The translations under genes and the position numbers were made by a program. The notes under the pieces are model-generated. The model saw only the letters and a program-made list of their open reading frames with translations. It searched no databases and was not told the DNA's origin. From the NCBI GenBank assembly GCA_041497895.1, contig JBGQHJ010000069.1:1-24654 (forward strand): a stretch of 24,654 bases of DNA. Direction: 5' to 3'. Within the stretch, counting starts at the first letter, position 1, and each line of letters starts with the position of its first letter. Source of the DNA: Candidatus Methylomirabilia bacterium. Lineage in GTDB: Bacteria; Methylomirabilota; Methylomirabilia; Rokubacteriales; CSP1-6. Below are positions 1-8,346 of the stretch, piece by piece.

Positions 1-70
1 TGCTGAGTGACGGACACGACCGAACCCGAGACGTTGGCGTGCGGCGCGGACCTTCTTCCAAAAGTGGCCC

Positions 71-211
71 TCATGCGCCAACCACCAGCAGGCTCACGAT
101 CTGCCAGTGTTCGTCTGAGACCATCTCCCGAATCACCCGCTCAACCAGCGTGCTGTCCATGTCGTCGTCGTCGGGTGTCTCTACGGTCATGCTCACCGTG
201 AACGTCGCCAT
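71..211 (-). CDS. Small acidic hypothetical protein, 46 aa (MATFTVSMTVETPDDDDMDSTLVERVIREMVSDEHWQIVSLLVVGA)
   Basis: Hand-translated, below the ORF-track cutoff. Perfect AGGAGG (219-224) lies 7 nt upstream of the ATG. An extended -10-like TGgTAGGCT lies at 251-259 on the minus strand. Confidence 0.55.
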   Translation of the reverse strand: MATFTVSMTVETPDDDDMDSTLVERVIREMVSDEHWQIVSLLVVGA

Positions 212-334
212 CACTTGCCCTCCTGCGACGTGGCCTTCCAATTGGCCGCGAGCCTACCAGCGTCGGCGGACGAGGGGGCAAGGCGGGGTGTGCCTACCGC
301 ATAGCCCTCGAAGGGCTTGTAGTCTGGATGTCGG

Positions 335-363
335 TTGACGTCGCCACGGAATCAGCCTAGGCT
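335..363 (+). promoter_or_regulatory. Sigma70-type promoter for the PEP-CTERM gene
   Basis: TTGACG (335-340), 17-nt spacer, TAGGCT (358-363), about 125 nt upstream of ATG 489. Confidence 0.55.
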
Positions 364-488
364 TCCCTACGGTTCCCGGTCTTCAACCGTCCGGTCCGCT
401 GGGGGCAGCGGAGGCCCCCAGGTAGTTCTGGTCTCGCTGGGTTCCTCACTTCCCCTGTTCTACGGTCTGGATTTGCGGGAGACGGACT

Positions 489-1055
489 ATGGTCATTCGG
501 ATGCTGGTGCCCGTTCTGGTCGCAACGTTTTTCGCCCTAAGCAACATTGCCCACGCCAATCTCGTCACCAACCCGGGCTTCGAGACCGGCGACCTCACCG
601 GCTGGACCCAGTTTGGCAACGTCGGGTTTACGGGAGTGGACGGATCGCCTCACAGCGGTAGCTTCTCGGCCTTTCTTGGCCCAGTGGGGAGCCTCGGATT
701 TCTATCGCAGACGCTGGCAACCACCCCCGGCGTCACGTACGACCTCAGGTTCTTCCTTCAGAGTGATGGCGGAACTCCGAACGAGTTTCAAGTGTCCTGG
801 AACGGAAGTGGGCTCTCCGACCAACTCAACTTGCCCGTATCCGGCTACACGGAGCGCGACTTCCCGAGCCTCCTCGCCACGAGTTCGACGACTCCGCTCG
901 TGTTCGGCTTCCGCGACGATCCCGGGTTCCTTCATCTGGATGACGTGACACTCGACCCGGTTCCGGAGCCGACCACCTTGATCCTTTTCGGCACCACGGC
1001 GGCGGGGTTGGGGCTCGCTCGCGGGAGACGGTGGAGGCAGAAGCAGCAGCAGTAA
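489..1055 (+). CDS. PEP-CTERM sorting domain surface protein with CBM4/9-like N-terminus
   Basis: Signal peptide ending AHA. NLVTNPGFETGDLTGW motif. C-terminal VPEP, hydrophobic segment and basic RGRRWRQK tail. GGGAG upstream of the start. Confidence 0.9.
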   Translation: MVIRMLVPVLVATFFALSNIAHANLVTNPGFETGDLTGWTQFGNVGFTGVDGSPHSGSFSAFLGPVGSLGFLSQTLATTPGVTYDLRFFLQSDGGTPNEFQVSWNGSGLSDQLNLPVSGYTERDFPSLLATSSTTPLVFGFRDDPGFLHLDDVTLDPVPEPTTLILFGTTAAGLGLARGRRWRQKQQQ

Positions 1056-1075
1056 CGCGGAGTCGAGAGCCAGAA

Positions 1076-1099
1076 GGGGCGGCCTCGAGAGGGCGCCCC
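1076..1099 (+). terminator. GC-rich hairpin after the PEP-CTERM stop, possible terminator
   Basis: GGGGCG/CGCCCC outer stem and CCT/AGG inner stem, 20 nt after the stop. No U-tract. Confidence 0.3.
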
Positions 1100-1131
1100 C
1101 TCCCCCTCCGCGAAGGTCCGGCGCGTCGGGT

Positions 1132-1504
1132 GGCGTTATCCTAGCCATCCAGCGCACGGCCGAGCTCATAGGTGACGCAGAGGGTCTGTAGTACCACCCG
1201 TCGGGCATCTTCCGAGACAAGCGGCCCACCTTCCCGGTGGCTCCCGTACTCTTGCCGCTGAGCAAGGTCGCTGCTGTGAGCGAGGCTCAGGACAAGGCGA
1301 AAGAACCCTGGGGAGCTTGCTCAGGAGGTCACAGCGGGCCTGCGCGACGGCCTCACTGGGGTTGGCGGGGACATGCTGCGGAGACTCGGAGCGACGGTGA
1401 CGGTGCTTGGCAAGGGAGTTGAAGTGGTGGGGGCCGTGGGCGGGTTCATCACTCGGCGGTTCGGGTTGTCCAATGCACAATTTCCGTGGGCGGGCCGTGG
1501 ATAA
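1132..1504 (+). pseudogene. Possible degraded gene remnant of unknown family
   Basis: Protein-like reading GVILAIQRTAELIGDAEGL*YHPSGIFRDKRPTFPVAPVLLPLSKVAAVSEAQDKAKEPW with TAG at 1189-1191. It continues after a one-base shift in a G-run (~1310) as ELAQEVTAGLRDGLTGVGGDMLRRLGATVTVLGKGVEVVGAVGGF...*. Confidence 0.25.
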
Positions 1505-1611
1505 GTCGGTGGGTTCGGCCGCTCGGGCTCGGGATTTCGCGCACTAGGAGCGAGTCGCCTTCTTTCTGAGCAATCGCGGCTGAACCGCGGTTCGCCCGGC
1601 GATGGGCCCGG

Positions 1612-3132
1612 CTACTTGAGCACCGCCTCGTGGAGCGGCATCCACTGGTCGCCGCGCGGCGTCCATGTCACGCGGTCCCGCATGGCGTAGATGTCGACCT
1701 GCTGCATGAGAAAGACCCAGGTGGCGTCCTCGACCATGGTTCGCGCGAGATCCGCGTAGATCTTCCGCCGCTTCGCCGGGTCCATGGTGGAGCGCCCCGC
1801 GTCGAAGAGCGCGTCGACCTTCTCGTTCTTGTAGTACAGGCCGCGGCCCTTCGAGGAGACCAGGTTGTAGAGCTCGTCGCCGTCCTGCATGGGCCCGCCG
1901 AGCCCGAGCAGGTACGCGTCCTGGAACTGCTTGCCCAGGTAGCGCTTGAAGTAGGCGCCCCACTCCGCCACCTGCACGCGCGGCTTGAAGCCCGCCTTCT
2001 GCCACTGTCCCCCGAGCGCCTCCGCGATCTCCTTGTCGCCCTGGTAGCGGCCCGCCGGCGCCTCCAGCGTGATCTCGACCCCGTCGGGGTACCCCGCCTC
2101 CGCGAGCAGGCGCCGCGCCTTCGCGGGATCGGGCCCGTAGCCCTTCACGGACGGGTCGAACCCGAACATCTGGGGCGTGAACGGGCCGTCGAGCCGCCGC
2201 GCGTTGCCGTCGAGCACGCTCTTGACGAGGGCGTCCACGTCGGTCGCGTAGTTGAGAGCCTGTCGCACCCGCACGTCGGAGAGCGGCTTCCGGAAGGCGT
2301 TGAGCCCGAGATAGATGATCCAGGTGCTGGGCACGCGGGACACCCGGATGCCGCCGGCCCGCTCGAGCTCCGCCGCGAGGTTGGGCGGCACCGTGTCGAT
2401 CAGGTCGACCTCGTTGTTGCGCAGCGCGGCCGCGCGGGTGAAGGGCTCGGGGATCGGCTTGTAGACGATGCGACGGATCTTCGGGGCGCCGCGCCAGTGC
2501 CGGTCGAAGGCCTCCACGATCAGGTGGTCGTCCTTCACCAGCTCCACGAAGCGAAACGGCCCGGTCCCCACCGGGCGGAGGGCCAGGCCCTGGTTGCCCT
2601 TCTCGGTGGTGTACTTCGGCGGGACGATCGGGAAGTCGATCAGCCGATTGAGGAGCGGCGCGTAGGGCTGGCGCAGGACCAGGTTGACCGTGTAGTCGTC
2701 GACCACCTCGACCCGCGCGACCTCGCCCACGTTCGCGCGGTTGGGCGATTTCTGGTTGGGGTCGAGCACGCGCTCGAAGGTGAATCGCACCGCCTCCGCG
2801 TTGAACGGCTCGCCGTCGTGGAACACCACGCCCCGGCGCAGCTTGAGCTGCCACGTCACGTCGTCGAGGGCCTTCCAGGATTCCGCGAGCTGGTGGACGA
2901 GCTTGTTGCTGGCGTCGCGGCCCACCAGGGAGTCGAAGATGGCCACCCCCACCTTGGCGCGGATGGAGGAGAGGTTCATGGTGGGATCGAGATTCTCGGG
3001 CGTCCACGGCAGCGCCACCCGTAGCTCGACGGGCGTCTGGGCCCGGACCACGGCCGGTGCCGTCCACGCCACGCCGATCGCGACGATCGCGGCCAGCGCC
3101 GCGCGCACCGCCCGCGGGCCCCCGCGCCTCAT
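1612..3132 (-). CDS. ABC transporter substrate-binding protein, family 5 (DppA/OppA/NikA-like)
   Basis: LAESWKALDDVTWQLKLRRGVVFHDGEPFNAEAVRFTF, PVGTGPF and DVRVRQALNYATD motifs. Signal peptide. Start ATG overlaps the upstream stop (ATGA at 3129-3132). Confidence 0.92.
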   Translation of the reverse strand: MRRGGPRAVRAALAAIVAIGVAWTAPAVVRAQTPVELRVALPWTPENLDPTMNLSSIRAKVGVAIFDSLVGRDASNKLVHQLAESWKALDDVTWQLKLRRGVVFHDGEPFNAEAVRFTFERVLDPNQKSPNRANVGEVARVEVVDDYTVNLVLRQPYAPLLNRLIDFPIVPPKYTTEKGNQGLALRPVGTGPFRFVELVKDDHLIVEAFDRHWRGAPKIRRIVYKPIPEPFTRAAALRNNEVDLIDTVPPNLAAELERAGGIRVSRVPSTWIIYLGLNAFRKPLSDVRVRQALNYATDVDALVKSVLDGNARRLDGPFTPQMFGFDPSVKGYGPDPAKARRLLAEAGYPDGVEITLEAPAGRYQGDKEIAEALGGQWQKAGFKPRVQVAEWGAYFKRYLGKQFQDAYLLGLGGPMQDGDELYNLVSSKGRGLYYKNEKVDALFDAGRSTMDPAKRRKIYADLARTMVEDATWVFLMQQVDIYAMRDRVTWTPRGDQWMPLHEAVLK

Positions 3133-4112
3133 GCCGCCGCCTTCACCGCCGCCACCACCGCGGCCAGGTGCGCGTCCGGCGTGGCGAGCGGCAGCACGCA
3201 GCCGGGCCCGATCATCACGCCGCGCCCGCCGGTCTGCGCGATCGCGTCGCGCACCTCGGCGGCCACCGCGTCCGGGGGCCCGGCCTGGAGGGTCCGGTGC
3301 TCGCTGAGGCCGCCGACCACCGCTCCCGCGAAGCGCCGGTGACCGTCGCCCAGGCGCGGGGTGGTCAGCCGGTCGTGCCAGTTCATCGCGTGGACCGGCA
3401 GGGCCGCCGCCTGGTCGAAGTAGACGTCGCGCCCGTGCACGTGCAGCAGGGTCAGGGTCGAGCGTCCGGCCACCGCGTCCAGGATGCGCCGCATGCGCGG
3501 CAGCTCGAAGCGGGTCACCTCCTCGAGGGTAACCACCTCGGGTGCGGCGGTCTGGGTGGCGAAGAAGAAGCCGTCGGCGCCCGCGTGGAGCGCGGCGCGC
3601 GCGTGGCGCGCCATCGTATCCGTGATGGCGTCGAGCGCCGGCTCGACCGCGGCCGGCTCGGCGCGCAGATCCTCGACCAGCCGATCGCCCGCGAGCTTGC
3701 GGGCCACCGTGAGCGGCGAGAAGAGGGTGTGGAGGATGGGCGCGTCGTCGGCACGCCCCCGGGCGATCAGCCGCACCGCTTCGAGCTCGCGGCCGAGCGC
3801 GCCCGCCCCCGGGTCGAGTGGCCCGATCCGGGCCCAGTCGGCGCGGGTGCGCACCGCGTGCTCGGTGCACTGCTTGGCCCCGTTGGGCGAGCCCTGGTAC
3901 GCGACCCGGCAGCCCCAGTCCTCCACGCAGTACACGCCGCTCGACATCACCTTGACGAAGTCGAGATCCCAGCGGCGCTGGAAGGCCAGCATCGCCTCGG
4001 CCAGCCCGGCCGCGGTGTGGTCGACGTCGGGCACGTGACGCCAGAAGGAGACGGGAGGACGATCCACCGGCCCTCGGCGGGCCGCCGACAGGACACGCTC
4101 GCGTTTCGTCAT
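3129..4112 (-). CDS. Uroporphyrinogen decarboxylase (URO-D/MtaA) superfamily protein, not canonical HemE
   Basis: MTKRERV...VDRPPVSFWRH start, TLFSPLT, GADGFF, LHVHG and GPGCVLP motifs. Lacks the HemE MRQAGR motif. Confidence 0.85.
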   Translation of the reverse strand: MTKRERVLSAARRGPVDRPPVSFWRHVPDVDHTAAGLAEAMLAFQRRWDLDFVKVMSSGVYCVEDWGCRVAYQGSPNGAKQCTEHAVRTRADWARIGPLDPGAGALGRELEAVRLIARGRADDAPILHTLFSPLTVARKLAGDRLVEDLRAEPAAVEPALDAITDTMARHARAALHAGADGFFFATQTAAPEVVTLEEVTRFELPRMRRILDAVAGRSTLTLLHVHGRDVYFDQAAALPVHAMNWHDRLTTPRLGDGHRRFAGAVVGGLSEHRTLQAGPPDAVAAEVRDAIAQTGGRGVMIGPGCVLPLATPDAHLAAVVAAVKAAA

Positions 4113-4181
4113 GATGCCGCGGAGTTTACCACGCCGGTTCGGGGCCCTTTCCGCCCGGGCCGCCACCGGCATTTCTACGCG

Positions 4182-4209
4182 GGAACTTCCCGGCCGGGGT
4201 ATGGTCTTA
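4182..4209 (+). promoter_or_regulatory. ECF sigma promoter (autoregulatory)
   Basis: GGAACTT (4182-4188), 16 nt, TCTTA (4205-4209), immediately before the sigma gene. A second copy lies at 5812-5839. Confidence 0.75.
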
Positions 4210-4211
4210 CC

Positions 4212-4769
4212 GTGCGAGAGGCGGAGGCAGGCGACGCGCCGCGCTTCCTTGACCGGCTGCGCGCCGGCGAGACCGCCGCCTTCGAGGAGCTGGTGATCAC
4301 GTACCAGCATCGCGTGTTCGGGGTGGCGGCGCGGATGCTCGGCAATGCCGCCGAGGCCCAGGAGGTGGCTCAGGAGGCCTTCCTCCGCGCCCACCGTGGG
4401 CTGGCCGAGTTCCGCGGCGACGCCAAGCTCTCGACCTGGCTCTACGCCATCACCTCGCGGCTCTGCCTGAACCGGCTCGCGACCGCCGAGCGGCGGCAGC
4501 ATCGGCAGGGTGAGGAGACGCTGCTGCGGCTCGCCGGCGGCGAGCGCCCGGATGCCGCGGTCGAGCGGGGCGAGCTCGAGGCGGCGCTCCACCGCGCGAT
4601 CGCGGAGCTGCCCGAGGAGCGCCGCATCGTGGTGGTGCTGCGCGACCTCGAGGGCCTTTCGTACGAGGAGATCGCGGGGGTGCTGGACCTCGAGCTCGGC
4701 ACGGTCCGCTCCCGCCTGCACCGGGCGCGCGCGGATCTCAAGGAGAAGCTGGAGCGTTTTCTGCCATGA
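4212..4769 (+). CDS. ECF RNA polymerase sigma factor (RpoE/SigW-like)
   Basis: Region 2 (AQEVAQEAFLRAHRGLAEFRGDAKLSTWLYAIT) and region 4 (LPEERRIVVVLRDLEGLSYEEIAGVLDLELGTVRSRLHRAR). GTG start is inferred. Confidence 0.93.
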   Translation: MREAEAGDAPRFLDRLRAGETAAFEELVITYQHRVFGVAARMLGNAAEAQEVAQEAFLRAHRGLAEFRGDAKLSTWLYAITSRLCLNRLATAERRQHRQGEETLLRLAGGERPDAAVERGELEAALHRAIAELPEERRIVVVLRDLEGLSYEEIAGVLDLELGTVRSRLHRARADLKEKLERFLP

Positions 4770-5809
4770 CCTGTCACGACGCGCGCGAATCGCTCTCCGT
4801 CTTCCTCGACGAGGCGCTCGCCCCGGACGAGCGGCGGGAGGTGGCCGTTCACCTCGAGGGCTGCCCAGACTGCCGGCGCGAGCTGGCGCGCCTCGAGCAG
4901 ACGGTGGCCCTGCTCCACCGCGTCGAGCCCGCGCGTGCGCCGGTGGGCTTCGTGGATCGCGTGATGGAGGCGGCGCGGCCCCGGCCCTGGTACCGGCGCG
5001 CGGCCGCCGCGATCTTCGTGCCGTTGTCGGTGAAGCTCCCCGCCGAGGCCACCGCCCTCGTGATGGTCGCGCTGCTCGCGGTGTACGTGTTCGAGCGCAC
5101 GCCGGCCCTGCAGGAGTCGGCCCGGCAGGAGCCGGAGCGCCGCGAGGCGGCGCGGGAGAAGGCCGCGGAGCCCGAGTCGCCGACCGCGCTGGCGAACCGC
5201 GCCGCCCGCGAGGCCTTGGTCAAGGCGCGCGCCGCCCAGAGCGAGGCGCCCGTCTCGAAGGAAGAACGGGACCGTGGCGACGCGGCGGCCGTCCGCGGCG
5301 TCACCCAGCCCGCGCCGACCGATGCGATGCAGGAATCGGCACGCGTGCGGGCCTACTCGCACCCCGAGTCCGGGCCGGCGACGGTCCCGCCCCCGGTCGT
5401 CTCGGCGCCTGCGGCGCCCTCGCCCGGCGGCAAGCTGGAGACCGATGCCCAGAGCCGCCAGACTGAGAATCGCCGGCCGCCGGCCGAGTCGAGCGCGGAT
5501 GCCGCGCGAGGTGCGTCCGCGGCTCCCCGGCTGGCCGCCAAGCGGGCCGCGCCGAGCGACGAGGTGGCGGGAATCGCGGTGCGGGATCGCGACGCGGCGG
5601 AGCGCGATCTGACCGACCTGATCGCCCGCGTGGGCGGACGGGAGACGGGCCGGCGGCGCGAGGAGGAGGCCACCGTGGTCGAGGCGGTCGTCCCGCAGGC
5701 GCGCTATGCAGAATTCACGCAGGGGCTCGCGCGCCTCGGGGCCTGGCGCGTGGAGGCCGAGCGCCCCGACCTGCCCTCCCAGGTGCACGTGATCCTGCGC
5801 CTCCAGTAG
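4766..5809 (+). CDS. Membrane-anchored zinc-binding anti-sigma factor (zf-HC2/ZAS)
   Basis: HLEGCPDC (HxxxCxxC), one TM helix, Ala/Pro/Glu-rich linker and a C-terminal domain. ATGA overlap with the sigma gene. Confidence 0.88.
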   Translation: MTCHDARESLSVFLDEALAPDERREVAVHLEGCPDCRRELARLEQTVALLHRVEPARAPVGFVDRVMEAARPRPWYRRAAAAIFVPLSVKLPAEATALVMVALLAVYVFERTPALQESARQEPERREAAREKAAEPESPTALANRAAREALVKARAAQSEAPVSKEERDRGDAAAVRGVTQPAPTDAMQESARVRAYSHPESGPATVPPPVVSAPAAPSPGGKLETDAQSRQTENRRPPAESSADAARGASAAPRLAAKRAAPSDEVAGIAVRDRDAAERDLTDLIARVGGRETGRRREEEATVVEAVVPQARYAEFTQGLARLGAWRVEAERPDLPSQVHVILRLQ

Positions 5810-5811
5810 CC

Positions 5812-5839
5812 GGAACTTTCTCCCGGGTCCCCGGTCTAA
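5812..5839 (+). promoter_or_regulatory. ECF sigma promoter upstream of the DUF4139 gene
   Basis: GGAACTT (5812-5818), 16 nt, TCTAA (5835-5839). Matches the RpoE/AlgU-type consensus GAACTT-N16/17-TCTnA. Confidence 0.8.
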
Positions 5840-5878
5840 CCGGATAGCCACACCGAATCCGGCACCCGGAGGACACCG

Positions 5879-7297
5879 ATGATTACGCTACGCACCCGAT
5901 CGATCGCCCTGGCCCTGGCCGGCTTGCTGAGCCTGCCATACGCGGCGGCCGCCGCCCCCGTCAGCATCACCGCGGCCGACCAGCGCGACGTCATGATCAC
6001 GATCTACAACGGCAACCTCGGTCTCGTGAAGGAGACGCGCGAGGTCCGTCTCGAGCCGGGGCTCGTGGAGGCGCGCTACGCGGACGTGGCGGCCCAGATC
6101 GATCCGACCTCGGTGCACCTGCGCTCGCTCACCGAGCCCGCCGCGCTCCGCATCCTCGAGCAGAACTACGAGTACGACCTGCTGTCGAGCGAGAAGCTCA
6201 TGGAGAAGTACATCGGCCGCACGGTGCGGCTCTACCAGGGCAACGGCTCCTATCAGGAGGCGGTGCTGCTCTCCACGCGGGGGCCGGTGTACGACATCAA
6301 CGGGCAGATCCACATGGGCCACGCCGGCCAGGTGGTGCTGCCGGCCCTGCCCGAGAACCTGGTGTCCAAGCCGACCCTCGCCTGGCTGCTCCGGAACACG
6401 CGCCCCACGCCCCAGCGCGTGGAGGCCTCGTACCTCACCGCAGGGATCAGCTGGAAGTCGGACTACGTGATGCTGATCAATGCGAGCGACACCCGGAGCG
6501 ACCTCACCTCGTGGGTGACGATCACCAACCAGAGCGGCGGCACCTATCGCGACGCCGCCCTCAAGCTGGTGGCGGGCGACATCAACCGGGCGGCGAGCCG
6601 CGACGAGGCCCGGCGGGCGCTCGAGATGTCGGTGAAGGCGTCCTCGCCGGCCATGGCCGAGCGCGACTTCAAGTCGGAGGGCTTCTTCGAGTACCACCTC
6701 TACACGCTCGACGGGCGCACCACCATCAAGGACAACCAGACCAAGCAGCTCGCCCTGCTCTCCGCCGCGGACGTGCCGGTGGAGAAGCGCTACATCTACT
6801 ACGGGGCCGCGAGCTACCACCGCACCCAGTACGGGGTGCCGTTCTCCAACCAGAAGGTGGGCGTCTACCTCGACCTCCGCAACAGCAAGGAGAACCGGCT
6901 GGGGGTCCCGCTGCCGAAGGGCAAGGTCCGGGTGTACAAGGCCGACGCCTCGGGCAGCCAGCAGCTCGTCGGCGAGGACTGGATCGACCACACCGCCAAG
7001 GACGAGCAGGTGCGGATCAAGATGGGCGAGGCCTTCGACGTGGTGGGCGATCGGGTCCAGAAGGACTGGAAGCGGATCGGCTCGAATCTCTACGAGGTCG
7101 AGTGGGAGATCACCCTCCGCAACCACAAGAAGGAAGCGGTGACCGTCGACGTGATCGAGCCCATGCCGGGCGACTGGGAGATGGTGCGGGCGACCCACCC
7201 GCACGACAAGATCCAGGCCTCCACCGCCCGCTTCGCCATCGCGGTGCCGAAGGAGGGCGCGACCACCCTCGCCTACCGGGTGCGCGTGCGCTTCTAG
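5879..7297 (+). CDS. Secreted DUF4139-domain protein
   Basis: Signal peptide. TIYNGNLGLVKETR, ILEQNYEYDL, SYLTAGISWKSDY, FEYHLYTL and LPKGKVRVY motifs. GGAGG RBS. Confidence 0.85.
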   Translation: MITLRTRSIALALAGLLSLPYAAAAAPVSITAADQRDVMITIYNGNLGLVKETREVRLEPGLVEARYADVAAQIDPTSVHLRSLTEPAALRILEQNYEYDLLSSEKLMEKYIGRTVRLYQGNGSYQEAVLLSTRGPVYDINGQIHMGHAGQVVLPALPENLVSKPTLAWLLRNTRPTPQRVEASYLTAGISWKSDYVMLINASDTRSDLTSWVTITNQSGGTYRDAALKLVAGDINRAASRDEARRALEMSVKASSPAMAERDFKSEGFFEYHLYTLDGRTTIKDNQTKQLALLSAADVPVEKRYIYYGAASYHRTQYGVPFSNQKVGVYLDLRNSKENRLGVPLPKGKVRVYKADASGSQQLVGEDWIDHTAKDEQVRIKMGEAFDVVGDRVQKDWKRIGSNLYEVEWEITLRNHKKEAVTVDVIEPMPGDWEMVRATHPHDKIQASTARFAIAVPKEGATTLAYRVRVRF

Positions 7298-7356
7298 CCC
7301 ACCGGCGCAGTTGACAGGCCTCGCCCCTCGGGGGACCCTAGGCGCGAGGCCTGTCG

Positions 7357-8346
7357 ATGCGCGCCCGCCCGTTGCTCTTCGCCCTGCTGCTCCTCGGGGG
7401 CGCCCTGCCCGCCGCCGGGGCCGACGACGCGCAGCTCGCGCGGGGGCTCCAGGCGGTCCAGCGCATGACCGGCTGCTTCCTGGTGGACTACAGCTACGTC
7501 GAGGTGCAGGCGCTCAAGCCGGGCTACGTTCGCGACCCGCGCGTCTACGACGTCAACCGGGACAAGTCGGCGAAGGAATGGATCGTCGCCGAGGCTCTCT
7601 CGCCCCAGCGGATCCGGCTGCTGCGGGTCCTCTTCCTGACCGACCCCGCCGGGGCCCTGCGCCCGGGCACCGAGGTGCGGCATCAGTCCGAGGACTGGGA
7701 GTTCGATGCCCCGTTCCTCTACGACTTCGTGGCGCCGCTCCACTGGCAGGCGCGGGACCTGCGCGCGACCCCCGGGCTGTGGACCCGGCGCGTGACCAAT
7801 CTCGACGACGGGCTGCGCTACCAGTGCGCGGCGCGCTGGAGCGCGGACACCGCCTATCCCGAGTGGTCGTGCGGGAAGAACTACGCGCCGATCCCCGGGC
7901 GGGAGACGCGCGACATGGGCCGGTCCGACTACCAGGCGCTCGAGCGCTCGACCCGCATCGTGGTCTACGGGGCGTCCCAGGAGGGGAGCTGGCTCGAGCG
8001 CCAGGACAACGTCAAGACCATTCACGGCGACGCCGGCCGGGTCCCGCTGGTCCGGGAGCTGGGGAAGAACTGGTACGTCCGGCTGCCGGACTCCGAGTGC
8101 GCGGCCGGCCGTGCGTTCGCGGAGCCGCGCCGTGCGTTCTGGACCCTGCTGCGCGAGACCTGGGAGGGGCGGCTGGACGGCTCCGGCCCCTTCGTCGAGC
8201 GCACTCCGCCCGGGCAGCCGCCGCGCTTCGCGAAGATGTTCGATCTCGAGGACGAAGTCCTCGGGCGCGACCTGTCGGACGAGACGCTCCGCAGGGAGAC
8301 CCGCCAGCGCATCCTCGACATCATCCAGGAATACCGCGCCCCCTAG
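7357..8346 (+). CDS. Secreted DUF6607-like protein
   Basis: Signal peptide. Motifs GCFLVDYSYVE, DDGLRY, PIPGRE, RSDYQAL and WLERQDNVK recalled from this family. Confidence 0.7.
   Translation: MRARPLLFALLLLGGALPAAGADDAQLARGLQAVQRMTGCFLVDYSYVEVQALKPGYVRDPRVYDVNRDKSAKEWIVAEALSPQRIRLLRVLFLTDPAGALRPGTEVRHQSEDWEFDAPFLYDFVAPLHWQARDLRATPGLWTRRVTNLDDGLRYQCAARWSADTAYPEWSCGKNYAPIPGRETRDMGRSDYQALERSTRIVVYGASQEGSWLERQDNVKTIHGDAGRVPLVRELGKNWYVRLPDSECAAGRAFAEPRRAFWTLLRETWEGRLDGSGPFVERTPPGQPPRFAKMFDLEDEVLGRDLSDETLRRETRQRILDIIQEYRAP

Noticed and set aside
1497..1505. DnaA-box-like TTATCCACG on the minus strand
   Set aside because: Single imperfect copy, with no AT-rich unwinding element or dnaA context.
3129..4112. 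Annotation as hemE
   Set aside because: The porphyrinogen-binding MRQAGR motif is absent and no hem genes are adjacent.
3057..4721. Long N-terminal extensions of the binding-protein (to 3870), UroD-like (to 4721) and sigma (from 3057) ORFs
   Set aside because: They overlap genuine genes and arise from stop-codon scarcity at high GC. Better starts have overlaps or promoter support.
7311..7345. TTGACA upstream of the DUF6607-like gene as a promoter
   Set aside because: No acceptable -10 hexamer at 16-18 nt spacing.
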